In this document: positions 20,699 to 33,775 of the stretch, piece after piece
How the letters are laid out: each line of letters begins with the position of its first letter
Numbering within the stretch: the stretch's first letter is position 1
Origin: Orbicella franksi
Lineage: Eukaryota
DNA length: 64,000 nt
NCBI GenBank assembly: GCA_964199315.1
Contig: OZ116702.1
Location: 20,522,001 to 20,586,000 of the forward strand
Reading direction: 5' to 3'
Translations under genes and position numbers: made by a program
Notes under the pieces: model-generated
The model's input: the letters and a program-made list of their open reading frames with translations, nothing else
What the model was told of the DNA's origin: nothing
Databases searched by the model: none

Positions 20699-23600
20699 TC
20701 CCTTGTAAACATGGCGTGCAACTCAATCTTTGTACCCTAAATCGAAAGTAAATCAGCTTTACATAACAACCAGTATCAAATGAAGAAACGAAATACGTGT
20801 GTTTAAACTTGTAAAACCGTTGTCCAAAACCTTTTCTCTACTGTAACATTGGCTAGTGCTCGACAACAAATCTTCATGGGTCGGAAACTATCACGCATTG
20901 ATAGTTTTGAATTAAATTGAACCGATTGAAGTAAGTAGAGGGAAAACGGATACTTATTCAAATTACCTGCCACCAAAAAATGATGTCAGTTACACGACAT
21001 AAAGAAGTACTTCCACTTACCAAAACGTTTTCCTTCGTCTAATCGAAGTGTAGTCGCTTTCAATACATAACCGTAATCCCAAACACTGTCATGCCTTCCT
21101 TTACGTTTTGCGACATACCGGCTACTTTTAGACCCCGTAGTTTATATGACGTAATGTTTTGCCACCACCACAAGCCAGTTGCTGATTTTCTCTCTTTGTT
21201 CTGGTTACTTTTGAGCTTTATTGCCCTTAACTGGTTCTTGTTTAGCTCAAACTAAGGTGCAAGTCGTTCTGTCTAGGTTTGGCCCTCGTTTTTCCATTTG
21301 ACTTGCTATCAATTGGGGGCGTATGAACCCTGGTTTCTATTATGGTACACCTTACAGTCATACCTGCTTCAACCTGTTGTCATTATTCATATATATAAGC
21401 ACCAATCCCCAGCTCCCCAAACAACTCCCTTGCGTTCCAACCCAAAACGTTTCAATTTTTCCTGCTGACATATGTTTTGGGCCTGAACATGTATTTCCCA
21501 TACGCATTTCCTATAGTTCACCTATATTTGCTTCATCTGTATAATCCAAGCTTCTTTGATGCCTTTTTGGGATAAAATTAATATGTTTTGTCCATAATAA
21601 ATATACTTCTTCTTAAAGTTATATGATCTAAAGTGTTTTCTCCATCGGTAAAGTGATAAGACGTCTGAATGCGAAAGCGATGCTCATTGATTTTGTAAAA
21701 GCAATAATCATTCACTTGAACCAACAGACGTGAGCTTAAAAAAATTTTTTTTTTTGTCTTGTGTAATCATAATTACTCAAAACAGTCAGCGTTAGAACGT
21801 TCTGTCAGACAATATGATTTAGCGGGAGTTACGCACTACGTTCACCTATTGCCCAAATTATACAACTGTTATGACGGGTTGTACAGGCTAATTGCTTTTA
21901 CCCTTTCACACCCCCTAACGTAAAATAGGGAAGAGACCCATCTTTTTGGCAACGAAAAACCTTATTTCGGTAATAACGCTCTCCACCGGCATGTTACGAG
22001 CCCTTATGGAGGTGGCCGTAAGGAGAAGCCTAATTGTATTGACTTGCTAACGCCATCGCTGGATATTGCATTGAATTGTACTTTAAGTACAAAAAGGCAG
22101 AGAATGATAGAATGTAGATCAAAGGGTTTAATCAGGGTTGCCTCTGCATATATTTGGTCGTTTCTTGTCAGCTCATTTTCACGCGGTTTTGAATGGCTTA
22201 TAATCCCCCCCCCCCCGCCCTCCCCTTGGCTCCTACCCATGCCAACTGCCGATTTGACTTAAAACTTGTTTATGTTTTTAATTATATTGCTGGTAATTAA
22301 CTCTAGTAATTTAGGTAGCAAATATTGTTGGGAACGACCATACGGTTCTCCTTACCTTTAAATGGCATCAAGTCCAGTAATATTATGTTGAAGTACTATA
22401 CGATACCCACTATAACATCCAAATTCCAATTCAGCCAGGATAGAGGACCCAGAAGAAAACCAGCCAAGGCTGATGTGACTTCCTCGCGAAATGTTGATTT
22501 TTTTTTAAATTCAAGTCGTCGCCTTGAGTCACTGACCCAGATCACGTTTTTGTTTATGTTGAACTTTACAAATGATGAAAAGATAAAGCTTGTAGTTTAA
22601 TATGGGTCGAGGGGTTGAGGCAAATAGCCACAGTCGCTGAAAGTAAACTTAAAAAAACCGATGCTTAAACGATAAAGATCTTTATCGGGCGTTTACCTTG
22701 CAACAAGTAAGGTGAGGTCAGTTTTTTAAGTTGATTGGTTAGGGAAAAGAGATCTATCTCAGAATGGCGATCTTTTTCTACACGTATATTTGAAGTTTTA
22801 AATTTGAGAAAAGTTTCTCCTGAAAATTGAACACGCGCAATTTTTCATCTGTCACATTTCTGACACATGGCCATGTGACCAAGACGTTTTATTTCGAGGA
22901 TTGAGGAGAACTGCACAGGAGATTGTGCAAACATTCAACACTCCAATATCTGAGCTATTAATGAATCCAGCGGAAGTAGATTACAATTAATCCAAATGAT
23001 GGGTAGTGTACATGCTGTTCAGATGTCCATGGTCGGCAGAGTGAAAACAAAGGCAACCAATTTCTTCTTCTGTTTAAATCACACTCGTCGATTACCGCAC
23101 CTGTAATCTCCTTAAGCAATCCTTGTTTCGCATGTCAGAAGTATTGGAGCATCTCGGAAGCGAGCTGATGAAGCCGTTTATCTGCAAGAATGGTCATAGG
23201 TTTTTAAGTTTGAAGCTAGCAGGTGAGAAATCACGAGACAATGAGCACAGTTAAAGTGTTGCTAAAGCGTAGAAACCAAAAATACTACCGCAATTAAAGT
23301 AATTTTAACAATTATCACCTTAATTTCTATTGATTTTGATAACACAGTTGCCATCGATGTTTTGCTATTCTCAAGCTATAGAGCTGATATTTTGTAAACT
23401 CGATAAGGTGCAGAGTGGTAAATATTTAATCTTGCTTAAGTTTAAAGACTTTCTGGGTTCTTATGACGTCATTTATCGGAAATGACCAAATAGGAAAAGT
23501 TTACAGGCCCCCTTTGATTTGGATTTTTATTTTTTGAACGGTAAGTCCCTATTTTATTGACGTTTTGACCACACAAATGTATTTTTAGTTATGAACATTA

Positions 23601-23931
23601 CGCTGTGGTCGTTCGCAGTGAAAACAAGCTATATTATTTAAACAATGAACGGTCATTACAAACAAAGTAAGAAGACCTGCTTCTCTTTGTCAATTTGGTG
23701 TAGAAACTGAAAAAACAGAGTAAATTTCTCTTAAAAATCCAAGATTTAGGAAGTATTATAGGCTTTTCGCCGATGCCGTTTGTTTTCACTTCAAATTGGT
23801 AAATGCTCTTGAGTAAAATCATCCACTACTTCGCAACAGATTCATAACCTTTGGTGATAAACTTCTGTCGTTTGCCTAGCAGGTACAAATTTGGGATAAA
23901 TAAACAATATCGAACAAGGAAAGGCTGTGGA

Positions 23932-26900
23932 ATGAACAACAGACTTCTTCTAACGTGCCTTACATTATGTTTGTCGCACACAGGTGAGTTCAACGATAGT
24001 CGATATTCAACATCGTTTGGCTAACAGTATATTGGCATAATGGCAGATTTGTTTAAGACATGTTCCTTTTCCTTCCTGCTGTGCGCCAGGTCTCAACAGG
24101 TTTGATGTGTCTTCCATGGCCCATATGTGTCTTCTGTAATTTGTTTTTGTTTATCTCTTACAGAAAATTTCATTTGCATTTTAGGAAAGCAACGTTGAAG
24201 TAGCAGTTTTCCTAATCTATCCATTCGACATCATTTGAGTTGTGATTTGACTTCCTGTTGACCATGTCAGAACTTAGTAACGTGTACTGAAGATTTTATC
24301 AGTAATTCAAAAGCTTTTAAACCGATTATATTGTGAACCCGTTTCACACTTTTAAAAATAATTTTATTTGCCTATTTTTAAAATAAAATTGTTATTCTTC
24401 GACTCGACTGAGCCAACATGGCGTACGTCGACGGGATAGAATGCAAATTTCCAACATCCACCTGAGTATCAGTTATTTTATGTAATAATGCAATGATTCA
24501 GACGTGTTTGAAAGTAAAATGAACCTCAAAGTTTTGCTTGTAAATGTATATCGTAAAGAGGTGCAAATGTCATTGCACCACTTCCACGGGAAACCTGCAT
24601 ATATGGGTCAGATGTCCATTGACCAGTGTTAGTAGCAATCATAAATTGCACCCAAAAAGTTAATTGAGAGTGAAACAGGTGTTACATTGTGTTTTTTACT
24701 CAAGGACTACTACTGTCTTTCTTGATTCGCGGTGGCTTTACTTACTCACGACAAAATTCAAAAAACAAAAAACAAAAAACAAAACAGATTGAAGGCTCCA
24801 AGATATTTTTCTTCCTACAGATATTTTTTTGTAGATTACGCCAGCAAAATAAAATAGTGGCTCATGGACCTTATTTTTGATTTCCTAACTCGGAAGCAAA
24901 AGACTAGCATCACAGTTTAAACATTAGCTAGTATACCTCTACCTTTTAAAATGTTGAACTGTACGATTTAACTGATTAGTAGCTTTATCGGCATGCAAAG
25001 CTGTCGATTGAACAGTCAATTACTGTACAAACTAAGATTTATTTCTACCGATCGCCTTGGTACAGGTACCTTGAATTGGGCGACTTTGGTGGCAATAGAG
25101 CTAAACTTTTCGCTAAAAAATTAGGGTGGAAAAACATTTTCCAACTGGTACATGTTATAAATATACAGAAGCACGTTAATTTCTCTTAAACTGATTTGTT
25201 TACTTTATTCTTCCGTTGGTTTCTCCAGCTTGTTTGGTTGTCGGTTTGTTTGTTTGCTTGTTTGTTTGCTTGTTTGTTGGCTATTTGTGGGCAAGGTTTC
25301 AATTATCAAAGCAAGTGTATTTTGTCCATGTGAGTTCTTGTCAAATTGTTCTCATTAATCTTTTTATCTTTAGTCTTCTCCGCTCCTCTCGAAACTTCTA
25401 CTGTGAAGTCTGGAGCAGAGGAAGGTACGTTTCTAGATAAGTTTGTCTTTGAAATGCAAGATTGATTAAAGATTTCAGAGGTAAGGCCAAGACCAGTCCG
25501 GAAAAGGACCATTCGTTGAGGTTACCAGTATAAGTTGACCGTCGTATGAAAAGACAAGCAATCCGTTTTCTTAAAAAAACTGGAATTTGTGGGTTGGTTA
25601 ATTTAGATAACCGTTTTCATTCGAACAGGCCAAACAGCGGTTAGCGTTTTCTCAGAGATCAACAAAATACAAACATTTTCATTTAATTCGTTCTTAGCGC
25701 ATCCGGCGACTCCAAAGTCGGTAAATCTGGAAGATAAAGGTGAGTGGAATTTTCAAACGATGCATGCGATTTGTCCGTGCATGGTCTGGAAAACACTGAA
25801 TCACCAGAGAAGAAACAAATGCAGAGAGCATTTCCAGTTACACACTATTGTGGCACACAGTTGCCGTTTATTTCCTTTATGACGAAAAAGTCAACATCAC
25901 AGCTTTGATTGTAAATATAGTCACCTTCCAGGGATTCAATGACGCTATACAGTACATAAGACGTGGAATGCCTCCAAATTTTACTGCTTTGCATTAGGTG
26001 TTTACATTGTTTGTTTTTCTGTTGGCAAGCCTATGTGCCATTTGCGTTTTCCTGCCCGAAAGATAAACCTCAAGTGTGAGAGTTACATTGTAATGTTTTT
26101 TTTTATGTTATTACTCCGCACTAGACACCGTTGATTTTCAAGTTTTAACAACCTTATGTTTTATATTTTTAGTAAAAGAAGCAGTGCAAAAAGCTGAGTT
26201 AGATGCTAGCCTTGCTGCTCAGGATGCAGTGAAGCATGGGCATAAGGCCGAATCAAGAGTTGAGAGAATCAGAGGGTCGGCTGAGCCAAGTCATGAAAGT
26301 AATGATGAGACTGCAGACGACAAGCCAAATCAAACATCCAGAAAACATGCGACTTTAGGCACGCTTTATATGTCTATTTAGTTTATCTAAAGGAAGTACT
26401 TTTCATGTTTTGAGATGAGGTCTTATTGGGACGATTTTAAATTGAGAGGCGAGGGTAATCTGACATTACTTTGGTTTTTCTATGCTCATGGTATTTTTTC
26501 CTCTTGGCGCCATCGGGAATTTACGAAACAAAGTTAGGTACATACATGTACGTATATATAATTTACAAACTTCCAACTGAGACAATTTGCTTCCCTCATT
26601 GTTAACACACAAGTGGAAGTGCGCAAAAGGCTACTTCTTTTGGTTTGGTTTCTTGATAGGTTTTGTGAGGTCTTTGCCTTTTACTCCTTAATGTGTAGGA
26701 CCTAATGAAATGCTAACTGCTTGTAATGTTTATCGTATTGCTAAAATTATTATGGCTATACACTTTTTCAGTAAGTGACATCGACGAAGGACCTCACATT
26801 AAGCGAGTAAAAGAACATAAAGTGAACCGAAAGCCAGGTGGTATAGGCAAAATGATGGGATTGGGTGAGCTAGGAGACCTCGGAGGTAATAACAATGATT

Positions 26901-29900
26901 ACAAAGAAGACACCAGATTAGAGGATCGTTTAGCTATGGAAGCTGAAGAGGAAAAGAAATACGAAACAGGAGAGGGGTACGGCGGTGGAGGGGGTGGAGG
27001 AGGTGCAGGAGCAGGGTGGGAAGATGGGGGAAAAGGTGTCAACTGGGCCACAAATATACAAAGACAGGACGCTGCAGAGGTACGGAATGGAGATTTTAAA
27101 ATGCTGTCAATTTAATTTGTTTTATCCCTAGGGCTGGCGAAGAACTACAACCAACCATTCTGCCAACCTGCGTCTTTCTAAAGCACTTTTCGCACACACA
27201 ACCTAAATTTATTGTTTCTGTCAGGATGTGGAGAAATCCTTAAATAGTGAGGTTAAACATATTCATATCGCATAGTCGTACTAACAAAGAACACTTAAAG
27301 AGAGATGTAGCAATTTAGCTGTCACGCGATAACTTCTTATATCTAACACAGAAACAAAGCATTCAGGCCCAGGTCGCCTCTGAAAGTGCTCATGAGCTGG
27401 ACGAGATTCAACGTGCAATCGCGGCAGAGTCCCAGTCCTCTCGTGGTTCTGCTTCCATTGGCAATGGAGGTGCTTCTGTGGTTGGCGGAGCTCCTGCAGG
27501 GGTAAAGAGACATTTTCATGCTGTTGGCTGTTTTCGCCGCAGTAGAGGGACTGGTTTTGCTGTAGTTGTTACAATAATTCAATCAAAGCAAAAGCTGTTC
27601 AATCAGCTGCCATCGTGTATTTATCTGACTGACTGCTTAGTTGACAAATGCACATGCTTACATCTACGTACTATGAATAGCCTCTATAGGTACTTTAGTA
27701 ACACCAAAAGGTTGCCGTTTTCTCACGAATCTTGTTGCAATTTCTTTGACACAACAGATATAAAGAGTTTGCGATGATCTCGACTATGGTAAATGTGACA
27801 AAGAGGACCTTGAAGCTTCCTCATATAATTTCGCATAATATTTCTTAGGGTATAAAAATGCATCTAGCATTGCTTACAGAGCAGAGATGGGAAAGATTTA
27901 CTCTTATCATCAAAAAGCATAGAGAGCTTTACAATATCACAGATGAGTCATCACGAATGGTGACGGATTATAGAAACATGTTTTGCGCAATTAAGGTCCT
28001 AAGCTCTCACGAAATGTAGCATGCAGAGGCCACTGAAGTAAACGGATGTCTGTTAATTTATACCTTTTTAAATAAACAGGCACAGCAAGAAGGTATACAA
28101 CCGAGAATATCTAGCCCTCAAGAAGAAGGAAGAGGAGGTCAACCAGTGGCCTTTGGGGGAGGTCAACAAAGAGAGAACCAAGGTAAGCACATCACTTTCT
28201 TTATGGATTTCTGGTGACTTTGTGGACAAGCATAGGTCTTACTCTCCGTCTTACCCTGTGTTTTCGTTTAACTATTTTCGCGCTTCTCTTGACCAACTCT
28301 TTATCTAGCTAGCAAATTTCTTTCTGCCAAATGTTATTCAAGGAGAAAAAGATCAAACCCATCTCAATAACAATGATGTATAAATAAAGTGGAGGTAAGA
28401 GTACGACTAGATGCTGAAGAATTTCCTTCAGCAGAATGTCCCCGGACCGCCGAACAAGGACGTTAACTTCTATGTGAATTTGATCACATACGGGAAAAGA
28501 TAGTGTCCATTGTAGCATGCTGTTTGAGCTGGCTGTTTGACTTTCTTTAAGAAATTCTTTCCGTCGAACAAGATTAGGAAATAGTTCTATCTATAAATGA
28601 ATTGCGTTACTGCATTTGCATGTTCTAACTGGACGTCTTGTTGCACGTGTCTTCCTTTTGCATGCCTGCATGATGACGGACACAATAAAATCCCGGCCAC
28701 GTAGACGAATTTCAGGAATATGCTTCTCCTTATACATCCCAACAATCATCTTTTGTTCAGCCAGGTTGGTTTAACAGACCTTTCATAAAATTTATAACAA
28801 ATTTGGTTTACCTTTTTATTAGGTGGTTCTCTACTTTCTAACCAACAAGAAAATGTGAGAGGTGATTTCAAATCATTTGCCCCTCCTTTTGGCGTCCTAC
28901 AGCTTTGAATAATTCTCGTTTAATTGTAGTGCAGTAACAGAAGTAAAAGAAGTAAATCGAATACGAAGAAGCCCTGGCACTTTTGATAAATTGTTCAAAT
29001 TCATTGTTAAGTGGCCCTTTCTATCATTTTTTTGTTTACTGAAACATTGCCTCGCAGAGATTTCAAGCCTTATTCACCAAGCAGACAAAATGTTGCCAAA
29101 CGAAATGAGAGGATCTTCACAACAAAGCAACATGGAACTCGGTAGTTTGGGAGCACGTGGAACTCAATCTTTAAATGGTGGCATGGAAGGCTTTGGAGGC
29201 CTTGAAGGAGCGCAACAACTAGGTGGACAAGGTCAGGCAGCACCAGTGGAACAAGCTCCCATGGGAGGATCAGAGAGAACGGGATTTGGAGGGGCCATGG
29301 ATGCAGGTGCGATGGGACAGGAGGCGATGGGACAAGGGGCGATGGGAGGAGGTGGAAGATTGAGTGAATCTGCGGTAAGCCGCATGAGTGAAGGTTCCCT
29401 TGGAGGTGGTGGTTCTTTGCAAGGAATGCAAGGTGTTCAGAGCGTTCAAGGAATGGAAGGAATGCAGAGCATGACATCTGCTTTTACAGGAGGACAGCAA
29501 GTTCAAGGAGGGATGTTATCCGATGGTGGTGGTGTTAATGCTCTACAAGGGCAAGGAATGATGGACGGTAGTCTTCAAAGTAACAGTCTTCAAGGAGGCG
29601 CTCTCCAAGGAGGTCTACAAAGCATGATGGGTGGAGGACTAGCGGGACTTCCGGCCATGGGCGGTGGGGGAGAATTTGGACAGCAACAAATGGCATTTAA
29701 AAAGGTAAGTGACTAACAATACATCAGCATTAAAAATGCCCACATGGAGATGCAACATCTTCCTGCCACCTGACGCGCTTCAAAGGCATACTGCTGCTGT
29801 TATTTTTGATTAAAGCTTTTCTAAATGCACATCTCTTATAATAGTCACAGTATTTCAATTCTTTGATAATTGATAATAATAGGACCAAGCGTATAAAAAT

Positions 29901-31459
29901 CATTAATGCCTCTTGTATTGAAATTTGGTGTCCGGTTAAAGACCTGTGAAAAGATGCAGATATGATACATTAAAATTCTGCTATAAGCCCTGGCTTATAG
30001 AACTAGTAAAAGGGGTTGGGTTGGCTTACAAACAAACTCAGTGGGAGGTTTACAACATCCAATAGTATCAAAACGTGTTTTCCATTTAATGGTTTTAAGC
30101 TTTTAACCCCAAAAGTAAGAAGACATACGGCGAGGCACAGAGGTCATTGTATGGAGCTTCCTAATAATGACAAAGACCAGAAGTTGCGCTGTATATGTTG
30201 GATTTTATGGTATTGCGGTAATTTTGTATTCCACGGTTTGTATTCGCCGTTCGATGATGGTTGTCCGCACAATAGAGAGGCATACCTGATATTCTCACAT
30301 AAAATAGCTCGATTAACCCATCACTTGTTTCCTGAGAGAAAAATAAAATATTCCACCCATATCCATAGCGTTTGTAACAAAGGCAATTAACAATTAATCC
30401 AAAGCTCAAGATTTTAAAAATACAGAACCCTCAAACATTAGCAATTCTCTTGTGTCCAGTTAAGAGATACAAAGCTTTGCAGTTTGTTCTCTTTTAATAG
30501 TGAGCTTTAAGACTGATAAAATTGCCCCCAGACTGATGCATTAAGCTCCACTCCTTCTGCTTTTCAGGCTTACGGCCATGAGACTTAATCGTTTTTTACT
30601 AAATATTAACAAATGGACAAAGCAATTACCGACTGACGACTTACTTTTATCCTTAAACAGTCAACAATAGCAAGACCAAGTGATTTCCAGGTAACGACAT
30701 CACTTTATTCTACTGACAGTACCGCTACCTACACATAACATCACGAACGTTACTGGACGGCGTTCTCATAATACATAACTTTTAAACGTAAAGTTAAACC
30801 TCTGTTGGGCGGACACCATCATCATCTTTTATAATTTAGTTTATTCTTTAACATATTTATCATTTTCGTCTCTTGCTCCATTATAAAGCGGTAAAACCTC
30901 AATTAAAATATCCCTCTTTCGTGGAAGTTCAGTAAGATTACATCAATGAAATGAGTCAGCTAAATTACTAGAAAGACCCCAGTCGTGGAAGGGAACATGT
31001 AAAAATCTCGCTATTAACTTGATTTGTCAACAAACAAGCGTATTTCAACATTTGAGACATTTTGCATAGCTGTTCTAATCTAAGTTTATTTCCTAGCGCT
31101 CCAAGACACATCAGAAGGAAGAAAGCAAACGTAAACTAAAGAAGACCTCACAAGAATACAAAGATGCTACTGCAAAGGGTTCAACGCCAGCTAAGCATCT
31201 TTTGGAAGACAGAAAGACTGTACCGGTAAAAAAGGTTGATGCCATACTCTTATTACATGTGTTGATAAAAACCAAAACTTAGTAATAATGATTATACATT
31301 CACACTTAATGAGCCCTTCCCCCATTTTTAAGCAAGAAAGGGTCCTTCTCAATTTCAGCGTTGTATCTATGACCATCTATCTAAAATTTGTCTCTTTCTT
31401 GTCCTCTCTAGAGTAAAATGACAAAAAGGCAACATTCAAAACACTCGAAAACGCAGTGA
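23932..31459 (+). CDS. Secreted Gly/Gln/Met-rich protein 4 (~563-583 aa)
   Basis: Exons 23932-23983 (MNNRLLLTCLTLCLSHT), 25374-25424 (VFS|APLE...), 26173-26358 (or -26298), 26772-27079, 27352-27501, 28080-28182, 28823-28861, 29058-29704, 30661-30690, 31097-31234, 31412-31459 (TGA). All junction phases are compatible. Probable 5'UTR intron (acceptor 23882). Confidence 0.75.
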
Positions 31460-32160
31460 AGCTGATTAACTTGGTCGTAGTCTACTATTGCCGCTACTTG
31501 GAATGCATCCAGGAAGAGGACATAAAGCTTGGACTCTTACGACACACACTGCAAGATGATAAACAGTTTTTTTAATAACAATTGTCTTGGAACAATCGTT
31601 TAAGAAGCACTCGAATAAAAAACAACTCTTATCCGTAGGAAGCAATTCATAAATGTAATAAACATAACCCTTGTGTGATCACCCAGCGTATTTCAAGGAC
31701 TAAATGTTTAAACGTGTGATATTTTTTATTTGATACTGTCTTAGAGAAGAAATAACGTGTATAAATAAAGAAAAATACAGAAGAAGTCTTTGTTGGGGGG
31801 TTTATTGCGGTTTTAAAAAGAATCTCGAAAGGTGAAAACCCTCAGCCGTCTTGCTACAACACAACGCTCGCAAATGTCTGCTAGGCCTTGATACATTTTG
31901 GCGCTATCCATGATTTAATATACCCTCTACTGTAATCAGACTCCTTCCGCACTCAAAGTGTCGGCCATTTTTCCATGCATTGTAGCCTTTAGAGCGTGTT
32001 GTGGACACAATGGCAACCTTAAAATAGCGAAGAGAGGCGTACTTTCCATATCCTCATTGTAGCTAATAGTGGGGGTATTGACGTCGACCCGAATGATGTG
32101 TTATTCGCTTGATTGCGGGGTTTCCATGAACGTGATTCCTTCGAAACAAGAGAGGATGTA

Positions 32161-32434
32161 GGATAAGAAAGTTTATCACTCATATAGGCCCTATATTCTC
32201 AAGGTAATCCCTCTCAGGTTACTTTTAGATATGGGATCCAGTTCTCCGCGTATAATGCGGCCACGCAGTTGTTTTTTTGGAGGATGAAAATGCATAAAAA
32301 GCCGCTTGAGATGTCCATCACAGGATTGGTTGCGGGACCATCCCGGTTTTAATGAAGCCGGGAGTGATCTAAATAAATCTTGAGGGCTATTACCTTGAGA
32401 ATAAGCCCTATATGGGCGATAAACTCTCTTATCC
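32161..32434. repeat. Foldback/MITE-like element with ~57-bp imperfect TIRs
   Basis: ggataagaaagtttatc...ttctcaaggtaat versus attaccttgagaa...gataaactctcttatcc. No TSD found. Confidence 0.65.
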
Positions 32435-33775
32435 TTCCAGCATCCTCTCTCGATCAAACTCGTTTCTTGTCCACTTATTTAATCAAGTTTTCAACGCACT
32501 TTTCTCGCAATAAAGCAATGACGACGAGCGCCAAACATATATGGAGGATACGTTTAGAATAGCGTATGGGAAGTGTGAACAAAGTCTCTGAAATGAAATA
32601 CGTCATTTTTAGAGATAATTATATCACTTTTCAAAGTAGAAGCTAAGAACAGTCAGAAATCTGATTTAATTTTTATTGGCGGCGATCTCTGGTAAACATC
32701 TCAAATGACAAAACTAACACAAATGAATAATCTGCTGATGTAAAATCTGAATACACAGCATATCTGCGTGCTTCAAAGAAGAATGTCATCCTGATTCCGG
32801 TTTGTATCGATTGATCAAAAGATTAAGAAGGCTTTTTATTTCATCCCTATAAAAATATATAATAACCAGCTCCTTCGGAAAAAGGAAAATAAAGTTTAAG
32901 ATTAAACAAAGTTAATGAAAACGACTCTAATCCCCATAACTTCATGTACGACCATGACATGTCCGACTTTTCGTAGACCCACATCATATCCTATGTACAT
33001 AAAAATTTAGCCATCTAATATTGCAAGGACAACTCCAAAATTTTGTAAGCATTAATGTGAAATACGCAAAGCTATTTTTATAGCTTTACTTCCTGATCAT
33101 GCAGTTTGTAAATAAAGATTTCCCTGTTCAGTAAAAGCAAACAGTTCAAGTGCGCCCTCTCACAGCTAAATGCAATGTATCTAATCACGGGATTTTGGTT
33201 TTAATTACTCGTCTGAAAGCAGGTGTTTCGGAAATTTTGTTTTACATCTCGGGAAAAAAAACGACTTACAGATAAGACCACACGCTTCTTAAAATATTTT
33301 AATTTCTGCAAATCAAATTACAGCCCCAAATTAGAGAAAATTTAAAACTGTATCTGCAAATCACCAAAATTAATCAATACTAAATATAGAAATTTCTCAA
33401 TTGCAATCACGCCCCCAAGTTTGCTAAAGCTTCTAAAGAAGATCCAAGAAGACCTTTGTAATTTGATGATATGTCAAAAGCGATTGTTGGCGAAACAGTG
33501 TCATTATTTGCGATCAAAGTAGCCGCCTCAATTATGCCACAGCCGTGCTACAATTTCTCTTTCCGGATGTAGGCGTCATAAAAACATAAACAATTCTTAA
33601 AAGGCGTTTATTTTTTTCTTTCATTCAATTCAAGTAGTGCTTTTTTGGGGGAGAAAGCAAGTATCGAAAATCTTAGAAGCAATAGACGGCTACTGTTAAA
33701 GCCCAGACGATAAAACCTTCCATCTTAGGCATGAGCTTGGGAAAAACAATCTGTCAGAGTTACTGTTGATCAGCC

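Noticed and set aside
24140-24870. Strong-looking acceptors at 24163, 24184, 24820 and 24834 as gene 4 exons
   Set aside because: In phase 1 they reach a stop within a few codons without a convincing donor. 25374 gives a clean signal-cleavage context.
29070-29506. Minus-strand ORFs over the gene 4 G/Q/M exon
   Set aside because: Antisense shadows of low-complexity coding sequence with no splice or start support.
4768-31459. Calling these genes minicollagens, spinalin, galaxin, CARP/SAARP or neuropeptide precursors
   Set aside because: No Gly-X-Y collagen run, cysteine-rich domains, di-Cys repeats, long poly-Asp or repeated amidated peptide-G-KR units are present.
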